DNA of 64,000 nucleotides, taken from the NCBI GenBank assembly GCA_934162535.1, contig CAKPJC010000006.1, forward strand, positions 12,148 to 76,147. Reading direction: 5' to 3'. The translations under genes and the position numbers were made by a program. This DNA is from an uncultured Clostridia bacterium (GTDB lineage Bacteria; Bacillota; Clostridia; TANB77; CAG-508). Shown here one piece after another: positions 27,980 to 35,469 of this stretch; the first letter of the stretch is position 1; each line of letters starts with the position of its first letter. A model generated the notes under the pieces. That model did not search any database. It was not told where the DNA came from and saw only the letters and a list, made by a program, of their open reading frames with translations.

Positions 27980-29203
27980 TTATACCCCACTTAATGCTCT
28001 CCAATATTCTGGTATATTTTCATAATTATTTAATCCTGTTGCATTGTAATAGCATCCATATCCATCAGGTTCACCAATATAATTATTTGTACTTCCGTTT
28101 GGCACTCTTTTCCATAGTTTTATTGGCTCTCCTGTTAATCCTGTGCATTCGTAAAATGTACCTCTAAAATTAGTTACATTTGGACAATTTGCAAATAAGT
28201 TTTCAGGAATGCTTGTTAGTGATTTGCAATAACAAAACGTTCTTTCAAAACTTGTTGCATTTGGGCAATTCGCAAATAATGTTGATGGAATGCTTGTTAA
28301 TGATGTACAGTCTTCAAATGTTAATTCAAAAGTTGTTACATTTGGACAGTTTGCAAATAATGTTGATGGAATGCTTGTTAATGATGTACAGCCTGCAAAT
28401 GTACATGAAAAATCTGTTATTTTTTCAAAACTCTTTTCTGTTGGACTTGCTATTTTTCTTAATTTTGTACAACCATCTAGGCATACTTCTTCTAAACCTG
28501 TTTCTCCCCATTGGATTATTTCAAGAATGTTGCCATTTTCATATTCATCATTGTAAAGCTTTGTGCATTTTCCTGTTATTGTTACTATGTATTCTTTGTT
28601 TTTTTCTGGGTATGTATGTTCGGTATATTGGGAATCTATTTCTGCAATTTTATTTTTCACACTATCATTTTGAGTTACACTGGCATATTTGTTATTGTGT
28701 ATGTTTTTATCTCCTGTAGCTATTACTCCATCTCCCCAGTTTACTTTTGTGCTATCATCTATCTCTCCAGCTATCGGCAATTTCACTTCTCCAGTTTCTC
28801 CTGAATTAACTAGCATTATTAATGCTCTTTTGTCTACTTCTTCTCCATATGGTATTTCTCTTGTTCCTATTGTTATTATTTCTTTGTCTCTGTCTATTTC
28901 TTTTTCATATACTATTCCTTCTTGTATTAGTTTTTCCAACATTTCTTCTTTCGATACTAATGCTTCACTTGTTCCTGTTACTTCATTTTGTGTTTTTATC
29001 ATTTTGTTATTATTTTTCCACATTTTTACTTCTTCGTCTACATTCCCTGCTCTTGATTCTAGCTTCGCTTCATTTGATTTTGTTACTATTCCATTATCTC
29101 CTTTTAACATTTGTATGCTTATTCCTGCTAATATCATTAATACTACGATTGTTACTACTAATGCTATTAGTGTTATTGCTTTTGAGCTTTTTATTCTGTT
29201 CAT
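27980..29203 (-). CDS. L2: pilin-like N-terminus / LRR-type repeat surface-protein paralogue
   Basis: Same N- and C-termini as L1 with a different centre and one more 27-aa repeat. The track start is 29218. Confidence 0.75.
   Translation of the reverse strand: MNRIKSSKAITLIALVVTIVVLMILAGISIQMLKGDNGIVTKSNEAKLESRAGNVDEEVKMWKNNNKMIKTQNEVTGTSEALVSKEEMLEKLIQEGIVYEKEIDRDKEIITIGTREIPYGEEVDKRALIMLVNSGETGEVKLPIAGEIDDSTKVNWGDGVIATGDKNIHNNKYASVTQNDSVKNKIAEIDSQYTEHTYPEKNKEYIVTITGKCTKLYNDEYENGNILEIIQWGETGLEEVCLDGCTKLRKIASPTEKSFEKITDFSCTFAGCTSLTSIPSTLFANCPNVTTFELTFEDCTSLTSIPSTLFANCPNATSFERTFCYCKSLTSIPENLFANCPNVTNFRGTFYECTGLTGEPIKLWKRVPNGSTNNYIGEPDGYGCYYNATGLNNYENIPEYWRALSGV
28185..28430. repeat. 81-bp tandem coding repeats (LRR units) in L2
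   Basis: The sequence ggacaRtttgcaaataatgttgatggaatgcttgttaatgatgtaca... recurs with an 81-nt period. Confidence 0.7.
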
Positions 29204-29276
29204 CTTTTGTTCCTCCATCCCTTTTTTATTATTAGTATATTATCATAACACGTTTTATTTTTCAATATTTTTGTAT

Positions 29277-29414
29277 GAGCAAATAAGAAAAATTGAAAAT
29301 TTTTCTTTGATTTGTTCTCGCCCGATTTGAGTTTTCGACTAAAAGGAAAAAATCTCAAAGGGCTAGCGATTGTAGCTTTTTATATACTAGGAAAGTATTA
29401 CTTTCCTAGTATAT
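29277..29414. repeat. 138-nt three-hairpin intergenic repeat, copy 2
   Basis: Same length and sequence as copy 1, with an intact third hairpin (29381-29414). Confidence 0.7.
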
Positions 29415-29415
29415 C

Positions 29416-29648
29416 GTTCATTTGAGAAAATGTCTCAAAAATCATGTCTAATTTATTCCAATTTCCTTATTGACATTGAGCCTCTTATCCTTTGGAAACC
29501 TATTTTTGCTAAAAAGCTGTAAGCGTGATTTTATATAGCTTTTTAGACGCAAAAGCATACCAAAGGATATACTCAAAATCAATAAGTTTTCTCGGCATAA
29601 ATAAGACATTTTGTCAAATGAAAAGTTAAGACATTTTCATAAATGAAT
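29416..29648. mobile_element. MITE-like 233-bp element with terminal inverted repeats and a 6-bp flanking duplication
   Basis: Left end GTTCATTTGAGAAAATGTCT matches the reverse complement of the right end ATTCATTTATGAAAATGTCT at 17 of 20 positions. TATATC flanks both ends (29410-29415 and 29649-29654). The interior is a long imperfect palindrome (TATCCTTTGG...CTAAAAAGCT / AGCTTTTTAG...CCAAAGGATA). Confidence 0.55.
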
Positions 29649-29649
29649 T

Positions 29650-29706
29650 ATATCCTTTTAAATTTTCTCTTTTGTATTTTGTGTTTCTAATAATCGCAAA
29701 ACTCAT
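29650..29706 (-). pseudogene. MobV/Pre-type relaxase N-terminal stub
   Basis: My own translation from the ATG at 29706 (RBS GGAGG 29715-29719) gives MSFAIIRNTKYKRENLKGY. This resembles the MSxAVxRxQKxKxxNLxG start of MobV relaxases. The reading frame then runs into the MITE end and stops. Confidence 0.3.
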
Positions 29707-29729
29707 CTCTAAAACCTCCTTCTAAATTT

Positions 29730-30128
29730 TTAGCCGATTTTTTCGGCTCGTATAATGGGCGATAGCTTGGCAATACAATCAAAGCCTTCTTTTTCGTAAT
29801 CTCTTTGTTCAAAATTGCAAAGCCTTTTATTATTAGTATTTTTATATTTATTTATATTATATTTATTATCCTTAAACTTTTCTTCAATAGGTATTAACCT
29901 TCTCATATCTACTTCTTTACTATTTTCTTTATATACCATTTCAATATTTATATAACCTTTATCTTTTAATGAATTTACTAGCTTTGATACTTGTGTTACT
30001 GATATATTTAAAAGTTCGCTTATAGTTTTATTGGTACAAAAGCAATATTGTTTTTCTTTATCACTTAAATTTTTATCTGTTAATACTTCTATTGGAATCC
30101 ATAATCCTTTTAAGTTTAGACTTGACAT
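29730..30128 (-). CDS. helix-turn-helix protein (phage/plasmid replication-organiser-like N-terminal domain)
   Basis: 132 aa with WIPIEVLTDKNLSDKEK...ISELLNISVTQVSKLVNSLKDKGYI. Confidence 0.55.
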   Translation of the reverse strand: MSSLNLKGLWIPIEVLTDKNLSDKEKQYCFCTNKTISELLNISVTQVSKLVNSLKDKGYINIEMVYKENSKEVDMRRLIPIEEKFKDNKYNINKYKNTNNKRLCNFEQRDYEKEGFDCIAKLSPIIRAEKIG

Positions 30129-30241
30129 TTAATACCCCTCCTCTCTTTCAAATTCGTTCGCTTTATTTTGGCTTTATTTTCGTTTTTAAGATATAAATAA
30201 TATAAGTTTATATCTTGAAATTGTAGCCAAAAAATTTCCAT

Positions 30242-30278
30242 AAAAAAATCGCCTTGAACTTATTTCTAAATTCAAAGC
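30242..30278 (-). terminator. terminator of DUF1016 gene 1
   Basis: Minus strand: GCTTTGAA..TTCAAGGC followed by GATTTTTTT. The G-U pairs form only in the minus-strand RNA. Confidence 0.6.
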
Positions 30279-30292
30279 AATTTTTTATTTTG

Positions 30293-30319
30293 AATTTTCT
30301 CGACAGTGTCGAGAAAATT
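30293..30319. repeat. perfect 27-nt palindrome P_D1 (3' flank of DUF1016 gene 1)
   Basis: AATTTTCTCGACA-g-TGTCGAGAAAATT. Its first 23 nt are identical to 31063-31085 inside the gene. Confidence 0.85.
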
Positions 30320-30323
30320 TAGA

Positions 30324-31388
30324 TTACTCTTTATCTTCAATATTTTTTCTTTGTTCTAGTTGAACTTTAGCCTTTTCTATACTATCCATAAATTTTTGTT
30401 CTAATATTTCTTTTGGTACATATTCTGTCAAATATTGTGCAACATGTATTCCACTATTATCTAATTCTAGTAATTGTGCCATCATATCACTTTTTGTCGC
30501 ACATAATATGATTGCAATTGGTGATTCTTCTCCTTCTGCTTTTTCATATTTGTCTAACCATTTCAAATATAATTCAACCTGACCTTTATATTCTGGTCTA
30601 AATTTATCTAGCTTTAATTCTATAACTACTAACCTTTTCATTTTTCTATGATAGAATAATAAATCTATATAATAATCTTCTCCATCTATTGTTATTCTTT
30701 TTTGCCTAGCTAGAAAAGCAAAATCATTTCCCATTTCTAAAATAAACTTTTCTAATTCACTTATAATTGCATTTTCTAAATCTTTCTCGCTATAAGTGTC
30801 TTTTAAATCCAAAAAGTCTAATATATATGGATCTCTAAAAAATAAATTAGTTGTCATCTTGTTTTCTTCGTTTAGCAATTTCAAATCATTTACAATAGTC
30901 TGTTCTGGCATTTTAGATATTGCTGTTCTTTCAAATAATGCTGAGCCAATTCTTTCTCTTAATGTTCTAACTCCCCAAAACTCATTTTCACACATTGTTG
31001 TGTAGAAATCTCTTTTTAAACTATCTTTAACTTGTAATAGTTCAACAAAATGTGACCAACTTAATTTTCTCGACAGTGTCGAGAATTTTTGAAAATCTGG
31101 ATAATATTCATAGACTTTTAGCATTCTAAATAAATTTGCACTACTATATCCTCGTCCATATTCAACTGTTAACCTTTGACTTAACTTTTTTATTACAGCC
31201 TTTCCATATTCAGCTCTTTCATGATTTAAGACATTTTCAGTTATATCTTTTCCTATATTCCAATATAATATTGTCATTTCTTCATTTACTTTTAATGCTA
31301 CATTTCTTTTTGCTTTTTCTATTCTATCAACTATTTTATTATATAAATCATCTATATTTATGTTATCTATGTTCTCTAATTCGTTCAT
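30324..31388 (-). CDS. DUF1016/YhcG-family PD-(D/E)xK nuclease (copy 1)
   Basis: 354 aa. It has an N-terminal helical domain (MTILYWNIGKDI, LSWSHF) and a C-terminal nuclease core IDLLFYHRKMKRLVVIELKLDKFRPEYKGQVELYLKWL. Confidence 0.85.
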   Translation of the reverse strand: MNELENIDNINIDDLYNKIVDRIEKAKRNVALKVNEEMTILYWNIGKDITENVLNHERAEYGKAVIKKLSQRLTVEYGRGYSSANLFRMLKVYEYYPDFQKFSTLSRKLSWSHFVELLQVKDSLKRDFYTTMCENEFWGVRTLRERIGSALFERTAISKMPEQTIVNDLKLLNEENKMTTNLFFRDPYILDFLDLKDTYSEKDLENAIISELEKFILEMGNDFAFLARQKRITIDGEDYYIDLLFYHRKMKRLVVIELKLDKFRPEYKGQVELYLKWLDKYEKAEGEESPIAIILCATKSDMMAQLLELDNSGIHVAQYLTEYVPKEILEQKFMDSIEKAKVQLEQRKNIEDKE

Positions 31389-31402
31389 TTTTACCTTCTT
31401 TC

Positions 31403-31430
31403 TAATTTGGCAACAGCTGTTGCCAAATTA
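31403..31430. repeat. perfect 28-nt palindrome P_D1up (5' UTR of DUF1016 gene 1)
   Basis: TAATTTGGCAACAG/CTGTTGCCAAATTA. Confidence 0.85.
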
Positions 31431-31498
31431 CATTTTCTCTTTTATTAGTTCATACTATATCATAAAATTCAAAATTTTTCCATTAAATCTATAAATTT

Positions 31499-31891
31499 TC
31501 ACACATATATTAATTCATTTAATATAATCTCCTCTGCTTGTTTCTTAATTGTATTCATAGTTCCTACTCAATAAAGCATATCGGTATTTTTCATATCTTC
31601 TGTCAAATTACTTTGTGCTTTTAATTTATTAATTATTTCATCTACTCTTTTGGTAGCAGTTTCTTGTATTTCTTCTAAATGGTTTATAAGTGTATTTTCC
31701 ATAAACATTATTGTATATTCTGCTTTTTTATGTTCTTTTAAATAATTTAATCTCATTCTTCCGTATTTATTCAAATGTATTTTCTTTTGTTTTGGTAATA
31801 CTAAATTTGGAATATAATAATCTCCTTGTCTTACATATTCTATTCCTGTTCTTTCATCAATAAATCTTTCTTTTAATTCTTTGTTCTCCAT
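31499..31891 (-). pseudogene. TnpV-like transposon protein with an in-frame TGA (probable TGG to TGA)
   Basis: MENKELKERFIDERTGIEYVRQGDYYIPNLVLPKQKKIHLNKYGRMRLNYLKEH... matches TnpV of Tn4451-type elements. After the TGA at 31568-31570 the frame continues as VGTMNTIKKQAEEIILNELIYV, the usual TnpV C-terminus (..W-VG.MN.I...AEEIVL.E.I). Confidence 0.5.
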
Positions 31892-31940
31892 AATTCTTAA
31901 ATCTCCTCTCAATTTTTTAATTTTAATTTTTATTATAAAA

Positions 31941-31985
31941 TCAAAAAAAGATGAAATTGTTATTATTTTTTACAATTCATCTTTT
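31941..31985 (-). terminator. terminator after stub F1
   Basis: Minus strand: AAAGATGAATTGT-aaaaaataata-ACAATTTCATCTTT followed by TTTT. The duplicate lies at 35064-35108. Confidence 0.6.
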
Positions 31986-32018
31986 AAATATTTGAATATT
32001 TGAAAATTTATGATTTTA

Positions 32019-32141
32019 CTAACTTGTTTGTAGGAGGAAACCTTTGTTATTACTAGATTTTACATTTTCGTCATAAGAGAATATGGTTGTTACTACTAAT
32101 GCTATTAGTGTTATTGCTTTTGAGCTTTTTATTCCGTTCAT
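32019..32141 (-). pseudogene. F1: 5' stub of an L-family gene (40 codons) retaining the full promoter and RBS
   Basis: MNGIKSSKAITLIALVVT then unrelated TIFSYDENVKSSNNKGFLLQTS*. The upstream 100 nt are identical to the L-gene promoters. Confidence 0.55.
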
Positions 32142-32213
32142 CTTTTGTTCCTCCATCTCTTTTTATTATTAGTATATTATCATAATGCGTCTTGTTTTTC
32201 AATATTTTTGGAT

Positions 32214-32351
32214 GAACAAATAAGAAAAATTGAAAATTTTTCTTTGATTTGTTCTCGCCCAATTTGAGTTTTCGACTAAAAGGAGAAAATCTCGAAGGGC
32301 TAGCGATTGTAGCTTTTTATATACTAGGAAAGTATTACTTTCCTAGTATAT
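32214..32351. repeat. 138-nt three-hairpin intergenic repeat, copy 3
   Basis: Collinear with copies 1 and 2. It is absent from the otherwise homologous upstream regions of F2 and L3. Confidence 0.7.
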
Positions 32352-32352
32352 A

Positions 32353-32389
32353 AAAAAATTGCCTTGAATTTAGAATTATAATTCAAGAC
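32353..32389 (-). terminator. terminator of L3 (T_L copy b)
   Basis: Same hairpin plus T-run as 27838-27874. Confidence 0.65.
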
Positions 32390-32398
32390 ATTCTTTCT

Positions 32399-32424
32399 AA
32401 TTGTGCAACCACGGTTGCACAATT
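32399..32424. repeat. palindrome P_L (copy b)
   Basis: AATTGTGCAACC-ac-GGTTGCACAATT. Confidence 0.85.
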
Positions 32425-32494
32425 TATACTATTTAAACTTTTCTTCAATTTCATTTTTTATTTTTTTAATTTAGTACTATGGATAATGCTATTA

Positions 32495-33715
32495 TTATAC
32501 CCCACTTAATGCTCTCCAATATTCTGGTATATTTTCATAATTATTTAATCCTGTTGCATTGTAATAGCATCCATATCCATCAGGTTCACCAATATAATTA
32601 TTTGTACTTCCGTTTGGCACTCTTTTCCATAGTTTTATTGGCTCTCCTGTTAATCCTGTGCATTCGTAAAATGTACCTCTAAAATTAGTTACATTTGGAC
32701 AATTTGCAAATAATTTTTCAGGAATGCTTGTTAGTGATTTGCAATAAAAAAACGTTCTTTCAAAACTTGTTGCATTTGGGCAATTCGCAAATAATTTTTC
32801 AGGAATGCTTGTTAGTGATGTACAGTCTGCAAATGTTTCTTCAAAAGTTGTTACATTTGGACAGTTTGCAAATAAATCTTCTGGAATACTTGTTAGTTTT
32901 TCACATACAGTAAATCCATATGAAAAATCTGTTATTTTTTCAAAACTCTTTTCTGTTGGACTTGCTATTTTTCTTAATTTTGTACAATTTTCTAGGCATA
33001 CTGTTTCTAAACCTGTTTCTCCCCATTGGATTATTTCAAGAATGTTGTCATTTATTTCATCTCCATTGTAAATCTCTGTACATTTTCCTGTTATTGTTAC
33101 TATGTATTCTTTGTTTTTTTCCGAGTATGTATGTATTGGTATAGAAGCAGATGCAATTTTGCTTTTCGCACCCTCATTTTGTATTACACTAGCATATTTT
33201 TTTTCTCCTGTATTCTTGTTTTCTGCTGTTGTTACCTTACCATCTCCCCAGTCTACTTTTGTTCTATCATCTATCTCTCCAGCTATCGGCAATTCCACTT
33301 CTCCAGTTTCTCCTGAATTAACTAGCATTATTAATGCTCTTTTGTCTACTTCTTCTCCATATGGTATCTCTCTTGTTCCTATTGTTATTATTTCTTTTTT
33401 TCTGTCTATTTCTTTTTCATATACTATTCCTTCTTGTATTAGTTTTTCCAACATTTCTTCTTTCGATACTAATGCTTCACTTGTTCCTGTTACTTCATTT
33501 TGTGTTTTTATCATTTTGTTATTGTTTTTCCACATTTTTACTTCTTCGTCTACATTTCCTGCTCTTGATTCTAGCTTCGCTTCATTTGTTTTTGTTACTA
33601 TTCCATTTTCTCCTTTTAACATTTGTATGCTTATCCCTGCTAATATCAGTAACACTACGATAGTTACTACTAATGCTATTAGTGTTATTGCTTTTGAGCT
33701 TTTTATTCCGTTCAT
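32495..33715 (-). CDS. L3: pilin-like N-terminus / LRR-type repeat surface-protein paralogue
   Basis: The track start is 33730. The ends are shared with the other paralogues and the centre is distinct. Confidence 0.75.
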   Translation of the reverse strand: MNGIKSSKAITLIALVVTIVVLLILAGISIQMLKGENGIVTKTNEAKLESRAGNVDEEVKMWKNNNKMIKTQNEVTGTSEALVSKEEMLEKLIQEGIVYEKEIDRKKEIITIGTREIPYGEEVDKRALIMLVNSGETGEVELPIAGEIDDRTKVDWGDGKVTTAENKNTGEKKYASVIQNEGAKSKIASASIPIHTYSEKNKEYIVTITGKCTEIYNGDEINDNILEIIQWGETGLETVCLENCTKLRKIASPTEKSFEKITDFSYGFTVCEKLTSIPEDLFANCPNVTTFEETFADCTSLTSIPEKLFANCPNATSFERTFFYCKSLTSIPEKLFANCPNVTNFRGTFYECTGLTGEPIKLWKRVPNGSTNNYIGEPDGYGCYYNATGLNNYENIPEYWRALSGV

Positions 33716-33788
33716 CTTTTGTTCCTCCATCTCTTTTTATTATTAGTATATTATCATAATGTGTCCTATTTTTCAATATTTTTGTATT

Positions 33789-33827
33789 AAAAAATCGCCT
33801 TGAATTTAATTTCTTAAACTCAAAGCG
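33789..33827 (-). terminator. terminator of DUF1016 gene 2
   Basis: Minus strand: CGCTTTGAGTTTA-agaaat-TAAATTCAAGGCG followed by ATTTTTT. Confidence 0.6.
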
Positions 33828-33856
33828 AAAATTTTTAATTTTAATAAAACCTTTGT

Positions 33857-33884
33857 AAAAATTCCAGACGCGTCTAGAATTTTT
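33857..33884. repeat. palindrome P_D2 (3' flank of DUF1016 gene 2)
   Basis: AAAATTCCAGACG/CGTCTAGAATTTT with one mismatch. Confidence 0.75.
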
Positions 33885-33887
33885 ATA

Positions 33888-34922
33888 TTATTCATTTTCT
33901 TCTTCAATTATATCAATATGCAAGTTCAAATCTTCTTCTGTTGGTAACACTTCTAAAATGTCTTTTGGTAATACCTTTGATATTTCATAAGAACTAACTC
34001 CTATTGGTTTGTTAATATCTCTTAATGAGTACTCAACTGAAAACTTTGTTTTTTCTCTACATAATATAATTCCAATTGTTGGATTATCACTATCTGTTTT
34101 TATTAAATCATCAACTGCTGATAAATAAAAATTTAATTTTCCAGCATATTCTGGTTTATATTCAGTATTCTTTAATTCTACAACTATATAGCAATGTAAT
34201 TTAGTATGATAAAATAACATATCTATAAAATAATCTTTATCATCTACCGAAATTTTATACTGATTTCCAATAAAACTAAAACCATTTCCTAATTCCAGTA
34301 AAACTGTTTTTATTCTTTCGACCATTGCTTTTTCTAATTCTGTTTCTATAAAACTTTCTTTTAAATTTGACAAGTTCAAAATATATGGATCTTTCATCAT
34401 ATCTTTTGCTAGCTTGCTTTGTGGTGCTTGTAATGTATCTTGAAAATTATTAGGTTTATCCCCTAAAACTTGGCGTGTATATAAATCACTTTTGATTTGA
34501 AATGCTAAATCATCATAACTCCATCCATTTATTGAAGTCTGCTCTATATACCACTCTCTTTGTTCTTCGTTTTTTATCTTGCTAAAAATTAATATATTGT
34601 GTGACCAAGGTATCTTTTCAGAAATTTTTTTAAGGTTACTATTATTTTTACATTCTAAATAATATTTTTTCATATTAAGAAGATTTCTTTCTGAAAACCC
34701 CTTCATATTAGGAAAATTAACTTTTAGTTCTATTGATAAATTGTTTATAAAACTATTCCCATATTTAGAATTTTCGTCTATTACTTGTCCCAAATAACAA
34801 TATAACGCCAACATTCTTCTATTTGCACTTTTATAAATATCATACTGTGCATTTAATATTTCATTTTTTATGTCTTTAAATACTTCTTTAAAATCTTTTT
34901 CTAACATTTGATTTTCTTCCAT
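33888..34922 (-). CDS. DUF1016/YhcG-family PD-(D/E)xK nuclease (copy 2, divergent from copy 1)
   Basis: 344 aa with IPWSHN and IDMLFYHTKLHCYIVVELKNTEYKPEYAGKLNFYLSAV. Confidence 0.85.
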   Translation of the reverse strand: MEENQMLEKDFKEVFKDIKNEILNAQYDIYKSANRRMLALYCYLGQVIDENSKYGNSFINNLSIELKVNFPNMKGFSERNLLNMKKYYLECKNNSNLKKISEKIPWSHNILIFSKIKNEEQREWYIEQTSINGWSYDDLAFQIKSDLYTRQVLGDKPNNFQDTLQAPQSKLAKDMMKDPYILNLSNLKESFIETELEKAMVERIKTVLLELGNGFSFIGNQYKISVDDKDYFIDMLFYHTKLHCYIVVELKNTEYKPEYAGKLNFYLSAVDDLIKTDSDNPTIGIILCREKTKFSVEYSLRDINKPIGVSSYEISKVLPKDILEVLPTEEDLNLHIDIIEEENE

Positions 34923-34979
34923 ATACTACCTCTTTTCTTCAATTATTTAAGTTAAAAATTTATATTTCAATGATTTTCT

Positions 34980-35007
34980 AAAATTCGCAGATGCGTCTGC
35001 GAATTTT
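34980..35007. repeat. palindrome P_D2up (5' UTR of DUF1016 gene 2)
   Basis: AAAATTCGCAGA-tgcg-TCTGCGAATTTT. Confidence 0.8.
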
Positions 35008-35063
35008 AAATGTTTTTGATTTATTAGTATTATAGCATTTATTTCCAAATATTTCATTATAAA

Positions 35064-35108
35064 TTCAAAAAAAGATGAACTTGTATATATTTTTTACAAT
35101 TCATCTTT
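35064..35108 (-). terminator. terminator after stub F2
   Basis: Duplicate of 31941-31985. Confidence 0.6.
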
Positions 35109-35143
35109 CAAATATGTGAAAATTTATGATTTTACTAAATTGT

Positions 35144-35257
35144 TTATAGGAGGAAACCTTTGTTATTACTAAATTTTACATTTTCGTTATAAGAGAACAA
35201 TGTTGTTACCACTAATGCTATTAGTGTTATTGCTTTTGAGCTTTTTATTCTGTTCAT
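35144..35257 (-). pseudogene. F2: second 5' stub of an L-family gene (37 codons) with intact promoter
   Basis: MNRIKSSKAITLIALVVT then TLFSYNENVKFSNNKGFLL*. The break point and tail are the same as in F1. Confidence 0.55.
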
Positions 35258-35330
35258 CTTTTGTTCCTCCATCTCTTTTTATTATTAGTATATTATCATA
35301 ATGCGTCTTGTTTTTCAATATTTTTGTATT

Positions 35331-35367
35331 AAAAAATTGTCTTGAATTTAGAATTATAATTCAAGAC
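35331..35367 (-). terminator. terminator of L4 (T_L copy c)
   Basis: GTCTTGAATT..AATTCAAGAC plus a T-run on the minus strand. Confidence 0.65.
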
Positions 35368-35376
35368 ATTCTTTCT

Positions 35377-35402
35377 AATTGTGCAACCACAGTTGCACAA
35401 TT
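35377..35402. repeat. palindrome P_L (copy c, one mismatch)
   Basis: AATTGTGCAACC-ac-AGTTGCACAATT. Confidence 0.8.
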
Positions 35403-35469
35403 TATACTATTTAAACTTTTCTTCAATTTCATTTTTTATTTTTTTAATTTAGTACTATGGATAATGCTA

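Noticed and set aside
32071-32262. 63-64-aa ORFs at 32071-32262 and 33582-33776, and the many plus-strand ORFs across the L genes.
   Set aside because: They are out-of-frame or antisense readings of the conserved L-gene 5' region, with Leu/Phe/Ser-rich low-complexity products. They recur only because the underlying DNA is duplicated.
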